A DNA stretch of 64,000 nt from Cycas panzhihuaensis (lineage: Eukaryota > Plantae > Cycadophyta): assembly GCA_023213395.1 (NCBI GenBank), contig CM041465.1, positions 49,669,741 to 49,733,740 on the forward strand, read 5' to 3'. The position numbers and the translations under genes are program-made. This document shows, one piece after another, positions 13,569 to 26,533 of this stretch. Within the stretch, counting starts at the first letter, position 1. Every line of letters starts with the position of its first letter. The notes beneath the pieces were generated by a model that saw only the letters and a program-made list of their open reading frames with translations, had not been told where the DNA came from and made no database searches.

Positions 13569-15855
13569 TGTTGGCATTTTGAGACGGGTTTCGCTTTACT
13601 TTACACTACAAAGAAGCAAACAAACAGCTCAAAAGCACAAGATGGAACACAAATGATCTATCTTTATTGAAATGGAAGCCTCAAGACTACAAAAGAGCAC
13701 TTAAAGTACATTGAAAGGATACCAAAGACACATACTAACAATACGCTATTACAATGTACATATGACACAACCTTCCTTTACAATTATTGGGCCTTAAATA
13801 GGTAAGAGTGGCCCTTTCTCATGGAATGCTATTGGAAAAATATATGACCCCCACTTTTGTTAGTGGACATAGACAACCTACATACACAAGTTAGGAGATA
13901 GCACTAACCACCATGTGCCTTGATCACATGTGTTAACAATCTAGTTTTGCAATCAGTAGATGGTTATGTAATAGGTCCTCTCCCCTGAAATGTTGATTCC
14001 CCGAAGCTTAGAAGATGGGGATGTTGTTTAATAAACTCGGTTGACTCCCATGTCGCTTTCTCTAAATCACAACCAATCCATTGCATCAAATGCTCAGAGA
14101 TGGTCTAATTCCGAAGGCGGTGTTGTCAACTCACTATGATACGGTCAGGTGGAATGATGAGAAGTTACTGATCATTAAGGACCAGAAGGGTGATCTAAGG
14201 GACAATTTTTTTGCCAAGGTACTTTTTAAAATAAGAAATATCGAAAACGTTGTGGATCTTTACGTCTAGCAGGAGTTTAAGTGCATAAGCAATTTCACCA
14301 ATCTTTTGGAGAATTCTATATCGTCCATAGTAACATGGGTTTAGCTTGTCACTTTTGTTGCTCTTCATTCATTATTGTTTATATGGCTAAAGGCACAAGA
14401 ATACAAGGTCATCAATGGAGAAGAATCGATTAGAATAGTGGCAATCGATGAGTCGCTTCGTATGATTCTATGCAGTGACAAGGTTTTGCTTGAGAGTATG
14501 CAAGATTTGGTCCATCTCTTGGAGGGTTTATTTAACAGAAGCAATTTAGAGATTAGTTGCTAGAGTGTGGTGGGAAGGTGGGGGTATCCATAGAGAGCCA
14601 TAAATAGGGACATACCAATAGCTGAATGGTGTGAAGAATTGTGCCAATATTCAGTAAGGGGTAGCTAAGAAGTCCACTTAGCCTAGTAATCAGAAGAAAA
14701 ACAATGCAAGTAGGTTTCTAGGGTTTTATTTAGTACTTCAGACTAGTCATCTGTTTGTAGGCGGTATGTCAAACTCATTTTGAATGAGGTTCTCGATGCA
14801 TAGAAACGTTCTTGCCAAAATGAGCTAGTGAATTCAAGGTTTCTATCATAGACTATTGATGAGGGAAACTCGTGGAAGCAAAAGATGGATTGGATGTAAA
14901 GTTCTATGAGACATGATGCCTTATATAAGGTGTGGACTAGAAGGAAATAGGCATATTTAGTCAGCCTGTCGACGACAACTACAATCGACTTTGATCCGGT
15001 AGAGATTGGTAGGCTAGTGATAAAATCCATGATGTCCTACTTTTTCCCTTGGGGAATGTGCAAAAGTTGGAGGAGACCTAGTAGAGTCTTTGTGTCTACC
15101 TTGTTTCTTTGACAAGTGTCACATTTGGACACGAAGATAAGGATGTTAGATTTCATAAGAGGTCAGAGAAAATATGCGCAGTTGTAGTGATATGTCTTAT
15201 CAAACCTAGAATGGCCACCCAGAGGAGTAGAATAATATTCTGATAAGATGTAAGGAATGAAAGTGGAGGCAAGATGGACAAACATATAGTTTTTGAGCAA
15301 GAGATGATTATTGTGAGTGGAGCCCTTTTGGTTGTGGACTTTTGCAATCCATTGCAGGTAATTCGATTGGGACTAGTTTTCCATAGCTAAATCTTCTAAC
15401 CAAGTGGGTTGGCGATTAAAGATGGCATGAATGGCGGGATCTGGAGTAATGGGATCAGAAAGCAGGCAGGAGAGGGTGTCAACAACAATATTGTCTTTCC
15501 CCTTCTTATAAGATATGGTGAAATCAAACACTCGCAAGCAATCAATCCACTTACCCTATTCTTCAAACCATATTGGTTGATCTAAAAGGTGGTGGAAACT
15601 ATGATGATTAATGAGGATTGTGAATTTGAGCCCCAAGAGATATTGTCTCCATTTATCTACTACATGTAAAATTGCTTTCATTTCTTTTTGATAAGTTGAG
15701 AGCCAACATTCGTGACTTTTGAGTGTATGACTTTCAAAGGCAATAGGATGAAAATTTTGCACGAGTATTGTGCCTAAGCCAAATTCTAAGGCATCACATT
15801 CAAGTTCAAAAGATTAAGTAAAATTTGAAGTAACGAGAATAGGTATTGAGGTCAT

Positions 15856-18800
15856 TGTTAACATAATCTAAGAAAATTAAATAAGAAGAGAATCTGAAAA
15901 AGGAATGAATCCTCATTGAATTAGCTTGGAGATGTAGTCTTTATAAATATACATCAATGTTGTGACCGTTACAACTTGAAATGTAACCAACTCTTCCTGA
16001 GGTGACACGTGTCACAATATCAAGTATAAGTTATAAGATGAGGGTATTGAACATTACCCCTTTACTCAACCTAGGATAAAACATTATATCCTAACACCCT
16101 CTCTTAATGTTTTATCTCTTTCAGTCCTATTCTATCTCTTAGAATTTGGAATCTTTCTTTCCCAAGAGGTTTTGTCATCAGATCTGCAATTTGCTCTACA
16201 GTGGGACAATATTCCAATTCAATTTCCTTGTTGTGGACCTTTTCTCTTATAAAGTGATGGTGTACTTCTATATGCTTTGTTCTACCCCATGAAGAATTGG
16301 AATTTTAGTCAACTTGATGGCACTTTGATTGTCATAATACAGAACTGTTGCCTGACTTTATTGTTGTTCCACTTTAGCCAGAAGTTGTCTTAACCATATT
16401 GCTTCACATGTTGCAGTTACAACAGCCTTGTATTCAGCTTCAATTGATGAGAGTGCAACTGTGGATTGTTTCTTACTACACCAGGAAATGGCAGCTAATC
16501 TTAAGAAGAAATAGTATCTACTTGTGAATTTCCTCTATTCTCTGTCACTTGCCTAGTCTAAGTCACAGTAACCTGTCAATTCTATTGTTCCTTCATTGGA
16601 GTAAACCAACTTTAGATCTTTTTCACCCTATAGGTACCTTAATATTCTTCTGGCTACTTTCCAGTGTCATACTTTGGGTTCCCGCATATACCTGGAGACT
16701 AGCCCAATTGAATATGATATATCTAGTCTGGTGGTTGTAAGATATATCAGACTCCCGATCAATTGTCTGTACAAAGTGGCGTCTACAACTTGTTCTTCTT
16801 TTTCTATCACTAAGTTGCAATTCACCTCCATGAGCATCGCATAAGGATTACAATCTGCCATCTGGAATTTAATCAATAGATCTTTTATATATTTTCCTTG
16901 TGATAGGGCAACATGATTTTGTTTTTGGTCTACTTCCAGTCCCAAATAGTAGTTTAGGAGCCCTAGATCTGTCATTTCAAATTTCTTTTCGAGTTCCCTT
17001 TTTATGTCCATGATAGATTCTTCATCATTCCCTATAAGAATCATGTCATCTACATAAACAACAATGATTGTAATTAGTCCATTTCTTGTTCTTGTGTACA
17101 AATTAGAGTTAGAGTTGCATTTCTGGAACCCATTTTGACATAGATGATGATCCAATTTAGCATACCAAGCTTGAGGAGCTTGTTTCAACCAATACAGAGC
17201 TTTTTTCAGCTTACACACTAGATGTTCTTGTCCTTCTTTGATGTATCCTTCAAGTTGTGTCATGAAAACTTCCTCTTCTAGATCTCCATTCAAAAAAACA
17301 CTTTTTATGTCAAGCTGAAAATTTTTCTAGTTATTCAAAGCTACTAAAGCAATAACTATTCTTACCATGTTCATTTTAGTCATAGGAGAAAACGTTTCCT
17401 CAAAGTCAACACTAGTTGTTTGGATATATCCCTGTGCAACAAGATGAACTTTGTATTTTTCCATCTTCCTACTGGCTCCTTCTTTGATTTTCTAGACCTA
17501 TTTGCAATTTACCATTGGTTTGTTGGGAGGTAGTTCCACCAAATCCTATGTTTGATTTATGATAATCGAATCCATGGCTTCTTTCCATTTTGGTTGATTT
17601 TGGGCTTCTTGGAAAGATTATGGTTCAACTCGACTAAGCAGAGCCTTGGGCCTTTGGCTCCTTGTTTTGTGTTCAAGCATGTTTCCTCCTCCTCCTTCAA
17701 CTGTTTTGATGAACCATTTGGGCAATTTCTTCTCTTTTCTTGTCTCTTCTTTGTTCCTTGATTCTTATGCTAATTGCCCTATAGATGAACTTTCTCCTTC
17801 TGTTGATTGTTCTGAACTTTCTCCTATGGTTGACTTTGTGAGAGGAATTTCTTCTATGGTGATTTCTAAAATTTCTTTTGTAATGACTTTGTGACATGAA
17901 TCCTTTCCTCCTTCTTCAATCACCTTCAGCTGAGACTGATCACCTAAATTGTCCTCTTCATTGAAGACAACATCTCTGCTTACATAGATCCTATTTGTTT
18001 TTTGATCAATGCATTTCTAAGCTTTTGAATTTTTGTTGTATTCAATCATGATACGTTCTATGCTTTTTGCATCAAGTTTTGATCTCCTCTTGTCCGGTAT
18101 ATGAACGAAGGCCTAGCTACCAAATATCTTAAGAGAATTGACATTGGGCTTCTTACCTATTCAAGCTTCCTCAGGTGTGATGTTCTCTAATGCTTTCATT
18201 GGACTTTTGTTTATTAGATAGCAAGTAGTGCTAACCGCCTCTGCCCAGTATGATTTTGGAGTTTGCTTCTTGTGGACCATACTACGAGCCATTTCCGTTA
18301 GAGTTTTGTTTTTCCTCTCGACAACCCCATTCGACTGGGGTGTATAGGGAGTTGTAAATTGTCTACATATCCCATTTAACTTGCAGTAGTTTAAGAAGTC
18401 CTTTGAGATGTATTCACCACCTCCGTCTGATCTAATGCACTTTATTTTGGCTTCGGATTCCAATTCTACTTCTACTTTGAACTCCTTAAAAATTTCAAAA
18501 GCTTTTGATTTATTATGGAGGAAATACACCCATAGCTTTCAAGTGAAGTCATCAATAAAGGTGAGAAAGTGTCTGCAACCATTTATTGAAAGGGGCGATA
18601 GTGGTCCATAGAGATCCGTATGGATTAACTCCAGCTTGGTTTGTGCTCGCCATTTGCTTTCTTTGAATGGTAGTCGATATTGTTTGCCAAATTGACAACC
18701 TTTGTAGATAAAATTATTAGAGGAAACATAAGATAAACCATTCACCATGCCAGATTTTTCCATTTCTTTTAATGTTTCTACTGGAAGATGTCCATACTTC

Positions 18801-21120
18801 AAATTCCACACTTGATTATTAGAATTTACAATAGTACAGGCCTTCACACCCAGATTAGGTATTACAGGATCTAACATTAGTTAGTATAGATCATTACATC
18901 TTATACCTTTAGCTATTGCTTTCCCATTATTTTTCATATCTAGTATGTGGCAATAGCCTTCTTCATCAAATATAGTTCTTAGTCCCTTTTTGCTAAGTTG
19001 AGAAATAGACAGACGATTCATTTTCAATCCAGGGACTAATAATACATTTCCAATTTTCTTCACATTCCGTCGCAAGTTAACATTAATGGTACCTACCCCT
19101 TTTATGCCAAGTGGCTATTTATCACCTAATTCAACTAATTTGTCCATGTTGTGGGGTTTGAGAATTTCAAACCAGTCTTCACGATTGGTCATGTGTCACG
19201 AAGCTCCTAAGTTGATGTACCACGTGTCTCCTTCCTTTAGTCCTACTGAAAGTGCAACAACAAACATTGTTTCTTCTTCTACCTCCTCGATTTGTTCTTT
19301 GCTATAGTTGCCAACTGGACATTTCCTTCTCTGAATATTTGCTCTTCTTTATAGGCACTAGTAGGGATAATGTCCTAACTACTTGCAATGGTAACACACA
19401 TCAAATGCTCTACAAGCATTGGAGAAATGTCTAGGTCTTCCACATCTGAAGAAGATTCGTGATTCTTTGCTTCGTCCATGTCCTCTACTGTCCTATCATC
19501 AGCCACGAGCAAAGCTTCTAACATCTAGAGTGCATCTTCTTCCACATGTCTAGCCATGTCCCTGAGAACCTAAGTTCAGCCTAGATGCAAAGGCATCTGC
19601 CAATTCTGATGATTCTTCATAGCGCCTATTTCTTTGTTCTTGTCTTAACAATAACTTAGTCAATTTGTCAAGAGACATAGTATCAATTTGATTGTTATTC
19701 ATTATGGTGTTGATGGTTACATCAAAGGATTTTGGTAGCTTGTTGGCCACCATTTGAACAAATTCTTATTCTGGAACAACTTCTCCTGCACTTAACAGGC
19801 TATTTCTAAGTGAAGTAACTTTATGTATGAATTCAATTACTATTTCACTTTCTTTCATGCGGAGTTTATATAAATCTTCCTTGAGAGCAAATATCTTTGC
19901 TTTGTTCTTTTGGCCAAAGAGATTTTCAAAGCATTTCCAAATAGCTGAGGCAAAGTTTAATTTTTCTACATATACCAACAGAGGAACTGAGACAGAAAGT
20001 TTTAAGATAATTACTCCTGCAATGTCTCTTTCTATCCAATTCAGCAAGGATATACTAGTATTTGCTGGCTTGGCTTCAGTCCCATTAGCGATTTTCTAGG
20101 CATTTTTTGCCCTTAAAAATGTTTCCACTTTTATTTTCCAAATGTGATAATTTGTATCTGTAAGTTTATCTTGATCACATAAACCAAAGATGGAGGACGC
20201 CATTGAAAAAGCTGATAAATCTCAGAAACAGGTGCTGGCCATATAGTTGTACGGAATTCCGTCCGTAATTGAAATTGTATGGATTAGAAAAAAAAAAAAA
20301 GTGGTCTCAACTTCAAGATCTTGAAAATGGGTGTCCAAAAATATAAATATTTTTTTGAGATTCAATCTAGTCTGAAAGAAACAATAGGAAAAGACTCCAA
20401 AATCATGTGGCTAGGGTTTTGATAAATTCATTGAAAAACCCACAAAAATCTAAGAAAAACTCCACAAATCTAAACTTAATCTCTTTGTATTAGATAGAGA
20501 AAGATATCAGAGTAATTAATACCCAGATTTTGAAGAATTTCTCCAAGAAATTTGAAAAAAGTAGCCTCAAACCCGCGCGGCTAAAAAATGGACAAATAGG
20601 CCCCAAAAATGGCCCTAGATGAAAAAACTCTAGAAGAGAAAAGTGACGGCCATGATGAAATGGTCCTGCAGACCAAATTTCGTTGAATTCTAAGCAGGTC
20701 AAAAAATCAAGTCTATACAATTGATCCTCTGACAGACAAAAATGTTCTTCTAAGTAATTTGGCTCGATCTTGACTTCCTTTAGACTGAGAAAAAGTTTGG
20801 CTCCAACAAACTCCAGAAACCCTTGAACAGAATCTTCAAAAAGACTTCAAATTAGGCAGCCTAACCTGCTCTAATATCATGTTAACATAATCTAAGAAAA
20901 TTAAATAAGAAGAGAATCTGAAAAAGGAATGAATCCTCATTGAATTAGCTTAGAGATGTAGTCTCTATAAATATACATCAATGTTGTGACCGTAACAACT
21001 TGAAATGTAATCGACTCTTCCTGAGGTGATACGTGTCACAATATCAAGTGTAAGTTATAAGATGAGGGTATTGAACATTACCCCTTTACTCAACCTAGGA
21101 TAAAACATTATATCCTAATG
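15856..21120 (-). mobile_element. Ty1/copia element C3, full length, nested in the G3 RT/RH junction
   Basis: 241-bp LTRs 15856-16096 and 20880-21120 (9 mismatches); perfect TSD GTCAT (15851-15855, 21121-21125); PBS rc 20868-20879; PPT rc 16097-16104; gag/INT/RT ORFs 19766-20047, 18161-18877, 16667-17293; related to C1. Confidence 0.97.
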
Positions 21121-24100
21121 GTCATAACTACTTTTAGGTGATTAAAGTCAAATTTTGTAGTTGGAGACTATTGGGATGAGTCATTTTATAAGAGGTTACT
21201 TAATGGGACAGCAAGGGAAGCATAGTTGCAAACAAAGTGACAGTAAAACTTGGTGAGGCCAAGAAAAGCATGTAGTTGGGTGAGGTTTGTGGGGATTGGC
21301 TAGGTGGTGATAACTAAAATTTTATTGAAGTCAACATGGACACCAGATGAAATGATATGTCCTAAGTATTGTAATTCTAATTTACCAAATTCACATTTTG
21401 AAAGCTTAGCGTACAATTGATGTTGGTGGAAAATTTAAGGGACAATTTCTAAATGGTGAAGACGTTGGTTCAAACAAGAGTTGTAAATAAGTATATCATC
21501 GAAAAAGTCAATGACAAATTTCTAAATATGGAGGGCAAAAATTTTGTTCATTAAGCCTTGAAAGGTGGTTGGGGCATTATAGAGGTTGAAAAGCGTAACT
21601 CGGAATTCAAAATGACCATGATGAGTTCGAAAGGCCATCTTATGGCATTCATCAAGAGCAAAGGAGATTTGATAATAGCATGATTGAAGGTCCAACTTGG
21701 AGAATAAAGTGGTGCTATGAATTTCATCAAGCATATCATCAATTCTTAGAGTGGGGAACTTGTTCTTTATGGTGATTTTATTAAATTCCCTATAATCTAC
21801 ACAAAGACGGAAGGAGCCATCCTTTTTCCAAACAAGCACTATCAAGGCACCATAGGGACTTTTACTTTGTTGTATAATCCCCATATCCATTAATTCCTTC
21901 GTAAATTTTTCAATCTTATTTTTTTGGAAGTATGAATTCCTATAGGACCCAAGGATAATTGGGTCATAAGAGGTTTGGAGTTCAATGGTATGGTGGAAGC
22001 CACAAATTAGAGGGGAGGTGACTAGGAGAGGAGCAAATACCTGTTGGTATTTGTTGAGAATATCCTGAATATCTAGGTCAATATGAGGGTTGGCTTGAAT
22101 GTTGTTAACATAGACTATGTACCCAAGTTTAGTCTGTAAATAGCTCTGCATTTAGTTCTGTGAGACAAGCTTGTTAGGAGGGAATTGGATGCCATAGAGA
22201 TTGTGTGATTTGTCCATATTATCCTTAAATAATATGAAAGGGTTATGAGGCAAATTGTTGGTACTATATGTACCAAGAGTTAGAAGCCATTGGACTCTGA
22301 GGATAGCATTTGACCCACCTATGGAGAGCATAAAAATAAAAGACTAGGAGATAGGTGCCCATTTGAACGTGTAAATGTTTATAACACTAGCACAATGCAG
22401 CATTTGATACCCAAGCAAGGAGCAAGTGGAGCCAATGTTTGAGACTATGTAAAGGTTAAGCTGCTTAGCTAACAAGATATCAATAAAGTTCAACAATGCA
22501 CCACCATTGATCAGGATGATCATGGGGGTTTTTCACAGTGTACCTTTGACTCTCAGTGGTTCAAAGCAAGAAATGGAGATAACAACAAATAGAGACACTT
22601 CTGGTTAAGGATTTAAGCAAGGCTCCATGGTTGGTTCTTCCTCATGTTCTTGGTCTGAGTCAAATTCTGAGTTTTCTTCATGGGAGAGGCTAGGGTCAAT
22701 GGTGAACACCAAACATTTGGCTTTACAAACTCTGCCATGGCCAGGAGTCCATTTCTCTAAGCATTACATGCAAAGGCTAGCTTCCCTGCATTGATGTGCT
22801 TCTACAAGAGGTACATGAATGAGGTTCGTCAAGGACTTTGTTGGCAATTGATCTGCTAGAAGATGTTGTGCCTCGTCCACACATGATAGTTGACATGGAA
22901 AGCTTGCTTGTTGGGCCTGCTAGTACTAAGGAGGATCACGACGAAAGTTAGATGTTCATTTAGTTGCAAATTCTACCTCCACCACCTTAACCATGGTTAT
23001 GGCTTATTTTAAATTTGGTAGTGACAATGTTCTCAAGCGCATTTAGATGCACTCTTTAAGCTCTAAAACATATGTATCAAGAATTGTTTAACGATCCAAG
23101 TTCTGGCTAACGCAATTATGCAAGGTTTGGAACTCACTAGTATAAGCTTCCACTGAAAATACTTGCTTCAATTGTGTTAGTTGATTAAAGAAATACTGGC
23201 TTCAAGTTTCTTCATATTGTTCAAAGAAACTATTAGAAAAGTGTGCCCGCGTCTAATTAGCAGGGTACTCCCATTGCCATCAATAAAACCAATGATGTGC
23301 TTTACCATCCACATGTATAGATACAAATGTTATCTAGTCATCGATCGATATTGGATTGAGTGAAAAGACAAACTCCAACTTGCTTATCAACTTCGTTCAC
23401 TATCCCTGTTGAGATCTGGATAAAATGCAGGTATGTTAATTTTGTATTGTGGTTATTATTGTCGTGGTGGCAAAAACGTATGAGGAGGAGGAGTTCCACC
23501 TATAAAGTTTGAGGTACCCGTGGAATTAGATGACAAGTTCAATAATTGAGTTGTAATTTGTCATTTGGTTCACAATAGCAGCCATGTCAGATTTCGATGT
23601 CACATCATTCTTTAATAAGGTCAAGTCAACCTTTACCTCATTCTAGAGTTCAGCGGACTTGAGTATCCAATGAAAGAATTTGATCAACCTAGGTGGGAGC
23701 CATCATTGATATAGAAAGGGATTACAAGAGAGGGATGTAGGTAAGAAAAAGAGATATAACAAAAACGGGATCAACAAGACAAAATGGATTTTAATGAATC
23801 AGGAAGTAGATAGACAGAATAGGACTTAAAGAATTAGGAAATGTTGACAAGAGGGGGAAAAGGAAGGGGGTGTCTATAGCCTACTGACCCCCAAAAATAA
23901 GGAAAGAATTCACCTATTACACTAAGATGAGCACGAAGAGATTGTCAAAATGGGGTAGGTGAGTTTTAAGTGAAAATGTTAGGTTGTGGGGCCCACAAAG
24001 TGCCTATATGTCATACGTTGAAAATGACAGTTAAAACTGCCCTAGTAAAAAATGACTAGCGCAACGCACTAATCGAAATAATATGTATGAATAGCAAAGA

Positions 24101-24137
24101 GTAATTTTGGGCCATTAACTGAGTCCTTAATTATTTT

Positions 24138-24410
24138 TGTGCTGAGTCTAGTAGTGCAAGTTTCATCTGAATCTGAGGCGTATTTACTGAAGTGACCCTA
24201 CAAACAAGGTGATGGCTCTTTTCTTTCTTTTTTTTTTATTTTTTTAGGGAGGGGGGGGGTTGTGCTGAGTTTAGTAGTGCAAGTTTCGTCTGAATCCGAG
24301 GGGTATTTACTGAAGTGACTCTATAAACAAGGTGATGGCTCTTTTCTTTCTTTTCTTTTTTTTTGGGGGGGGGGGGGGGGCGGGGGGAGGGTGTGTGTGG
24401 AGGAGGGGGG
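24138..24410. repeat. about 123-bp tandem duplication ending in T- and G-runs (G3 leader)
   Basis: Copies start at 24138 and 24261; G-tract 24365-24410. Confidence 0.85.
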
Positions 24411-24475
24411 ATTTGTACACTGGATTTAAGGATTGAGATCTAGACTCTAGACTAAAGGTTTGGACAAGAAGAAGC

Positions 24476-24575
24476 TGTGAACACTTTGGTGCTATTACTA
24501 TAATGTTGGATTATGTTGTTATGTTGTGAACACTTTGGTGTTGTTACTATAATACTGGATTATGATGTTATGTTG
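24476..24575. repeat. 49-bp tandem duplication
   Basis: TGTGAACACTTTGGTG.. starts at 24476 and 24525. Confidence 0.85.
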
Positions 24576-26082
24576 TTGATGTTGTAGAATTTGTTAAGAT
24601 GAACTTATTTCAATAGCACTTTGTTTGGTAATATAGTAGTATTTATCAGTTTCTAGAAGTACAATAATATTTATCAATTTTTGAAAATACAATAATCTCA
24701 ACAACTTTGATAATATAGTAGTATTTGATGGTTCAGACATCCTATAGACTCTGACATAGGTTTACCTAGTCTATAGGCCCTTCAATAAACTTCTCTATTG
24801 ATACTAACGCTCAGCCCAATATCTTAGGGCACTAGCTACAGAGGAATGTCCTTCCCATAGCCATGAGAGCCATGTAGAGGTGCTCGAGAAAGGTAGCTGC
24901 CTAGCACTAACTACTAACCAATGCACTAGAGATGATAGGCAACCAATAGTTTGCCTATACTAGGTATGGAATAAGAACCTAAAAAGGGTCCTCTGATATA
25001 TCCAAAAGTATGTGGGGGCTCGATTCCATAGCCAAGTACTATTTGAAGCTTGCATAAGTAGTGTGATATGCTTCACTTCATGCACAAACATATACCCACG
25101 TACACTTGGCCGAGAACAATAATTCTTTGTGATATTTATAGACCCCCAACACAAAGTTTCTACCTAATAACTAAGAGACAATGAGTGTGAGGGCTTGTTG
25201 CCCGCTTACAATGTGTTACAAAATTTGCAGAACTATTACAAAATAGAAAGAAAAAAGAAATGTAAGAGAGCATTTTGAAGAATTTCACCATGGAAAAAAA
25301 ATCTCAATTTTCTTGCTTGTTTCTTGCAGCTACGTCTTCTTGGTCCCTTGAATCTAATCATGAATGCAGCTCTAATACCACTTGAGATGAGTTTTTCCTT
25401 GCTTTACACCATAAAGAAGCAAACAAACAACTCAAAAGCACAAGATCAGACACAAATGATCTATCTTTATTAAAATTAAAGCATCAAGATTACAAAAGAG
25501 CCCTCGAAGTACATTGAAAGGACACTAAAGAGATGTACTAACAATACATTATTACAATGAACATATGACATAACCTTCCTCTACAATTATCAACTCTTAA
25601 ATAAGTAAGAGTGGCCCTTTCTCATAGAATACTATTGGCAGGATATATGGCCCCCGCTTCTATTGGTGGACATAGATAGCCCATGCACACAAGTTAAGAG
25701 GTAGCACTAACCACTATGCACCTTGATCACATGTGTTAGCAATCCAGTTTTGCTACAGGCAGGTGGTTATGTAACATATTTAAACTAGGATCATATAGTA
25801 GAAAATAGGAAAACAACTACACTCAAATAAAATTAGTTTCAAAGGATTATTTGCATTCATCTTCTATTGATTTACAAAACATTAAGTGTAACTATATACA
25901 CTATAAAAGAATGTAACCGACATGCAACTAATGTTGACATATGTATGGATGGATAAATAACAACCATGACTTATCACTCATACACTAATAAAAAATGTTA
26001 GTAATACAATACACAAAAGGGAGAAGCTCATAACATTAAAGTTATGAGCCTAGACATAATGTAAACATTAATTATTCTAACA

Positions 26083-26533
26083 AAAGCATCCGTGAAACGT
26101 ATATTGTTGTTAATAATTTCTTGTAATACCATGCTATAGTTGTGATCTCGATCATGCCAATCTGCAGAAGACTCATTCTTGGAAGTTCATATTAAATGTG
26201 TGTTGCATTTATAACCCCACAACAATTTGGAAATCCTTGTTGATGGTGAAAACCATCTTTCACATGCTGAAGTGATATGCAATAAATTGGGCACCATATA
26301 GAATTAGAAGTTCAGAATTGCATAACCTAGATAAACTTTTTGATAGCCCTAACCATAGTGGACTTTCCAAAACCAAATAGTTGGTTACTGTATAAAAATA
26401 AATGTTCATAGTTGCATAGCGAAGATAAACTTCTTTATGACCCCAATCACGTAGACTTTCCATAACCAAATAGCTCACTAATATTAAGCACTATCATCAA
26501 TGATGATAAATGTAAAATGGCAATAGCAACTGG
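26083..26533 (-). pseudogene. Harbinger transposase, central part (HTH and first catalytic motif)
   Basis: VAIAILHLS..SELFGYGKST..GFHHQQGFPNCCGVINATH..ESSADWHDRDHNYSMVLQEIINNNIRFTD. Confidence 0.9.

Larger units (their letters stand above)
13580..25776 (-). mobile_element. Ty3/gypsy chromovirus (Reina-like) G3, full length, old
   Basis: 394-bp LTRs 13580-13973 and 25383-25776 (roughly 80-85% identical by eye); TSD CATTT/TATTT; PBS rc 25369-25380; PPT rc ~13974-13985; gag ~22700-23700, PR ~22200-22560, RT ORF 21522-22151, RH 15556-15762, INT 14743-15030, chromodomain (EHLMQWIG..KATWES) ~14010-14110. Confidence 0.93.
13569..26082. mobile_element. solo LTR (13569-13579 plus 25782-26082) inserted in the transposase and itself split by G3
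   Basis: TGTTGG...TTCTAACA termini; degenerate TSD AAAAT (13564-13568) / AAAGC (26083-26087); removing it restores the D(I/A)FIGCP frame. Confidence 0.75.

Noticed and set aside
13356-13577. Functional host ALP1-like gene with large introns
   Set aside because: The interruptions are LTR elements with TSDs rather than GT-AG introns, and the pieces contain several stops and frameshifts.
13960-14010. PPT-enclosing hairpin in gypsy G3 (and G4 at ~26740)
   Set aside because: Looked for it as in the copia elements; no comparable stem seen.
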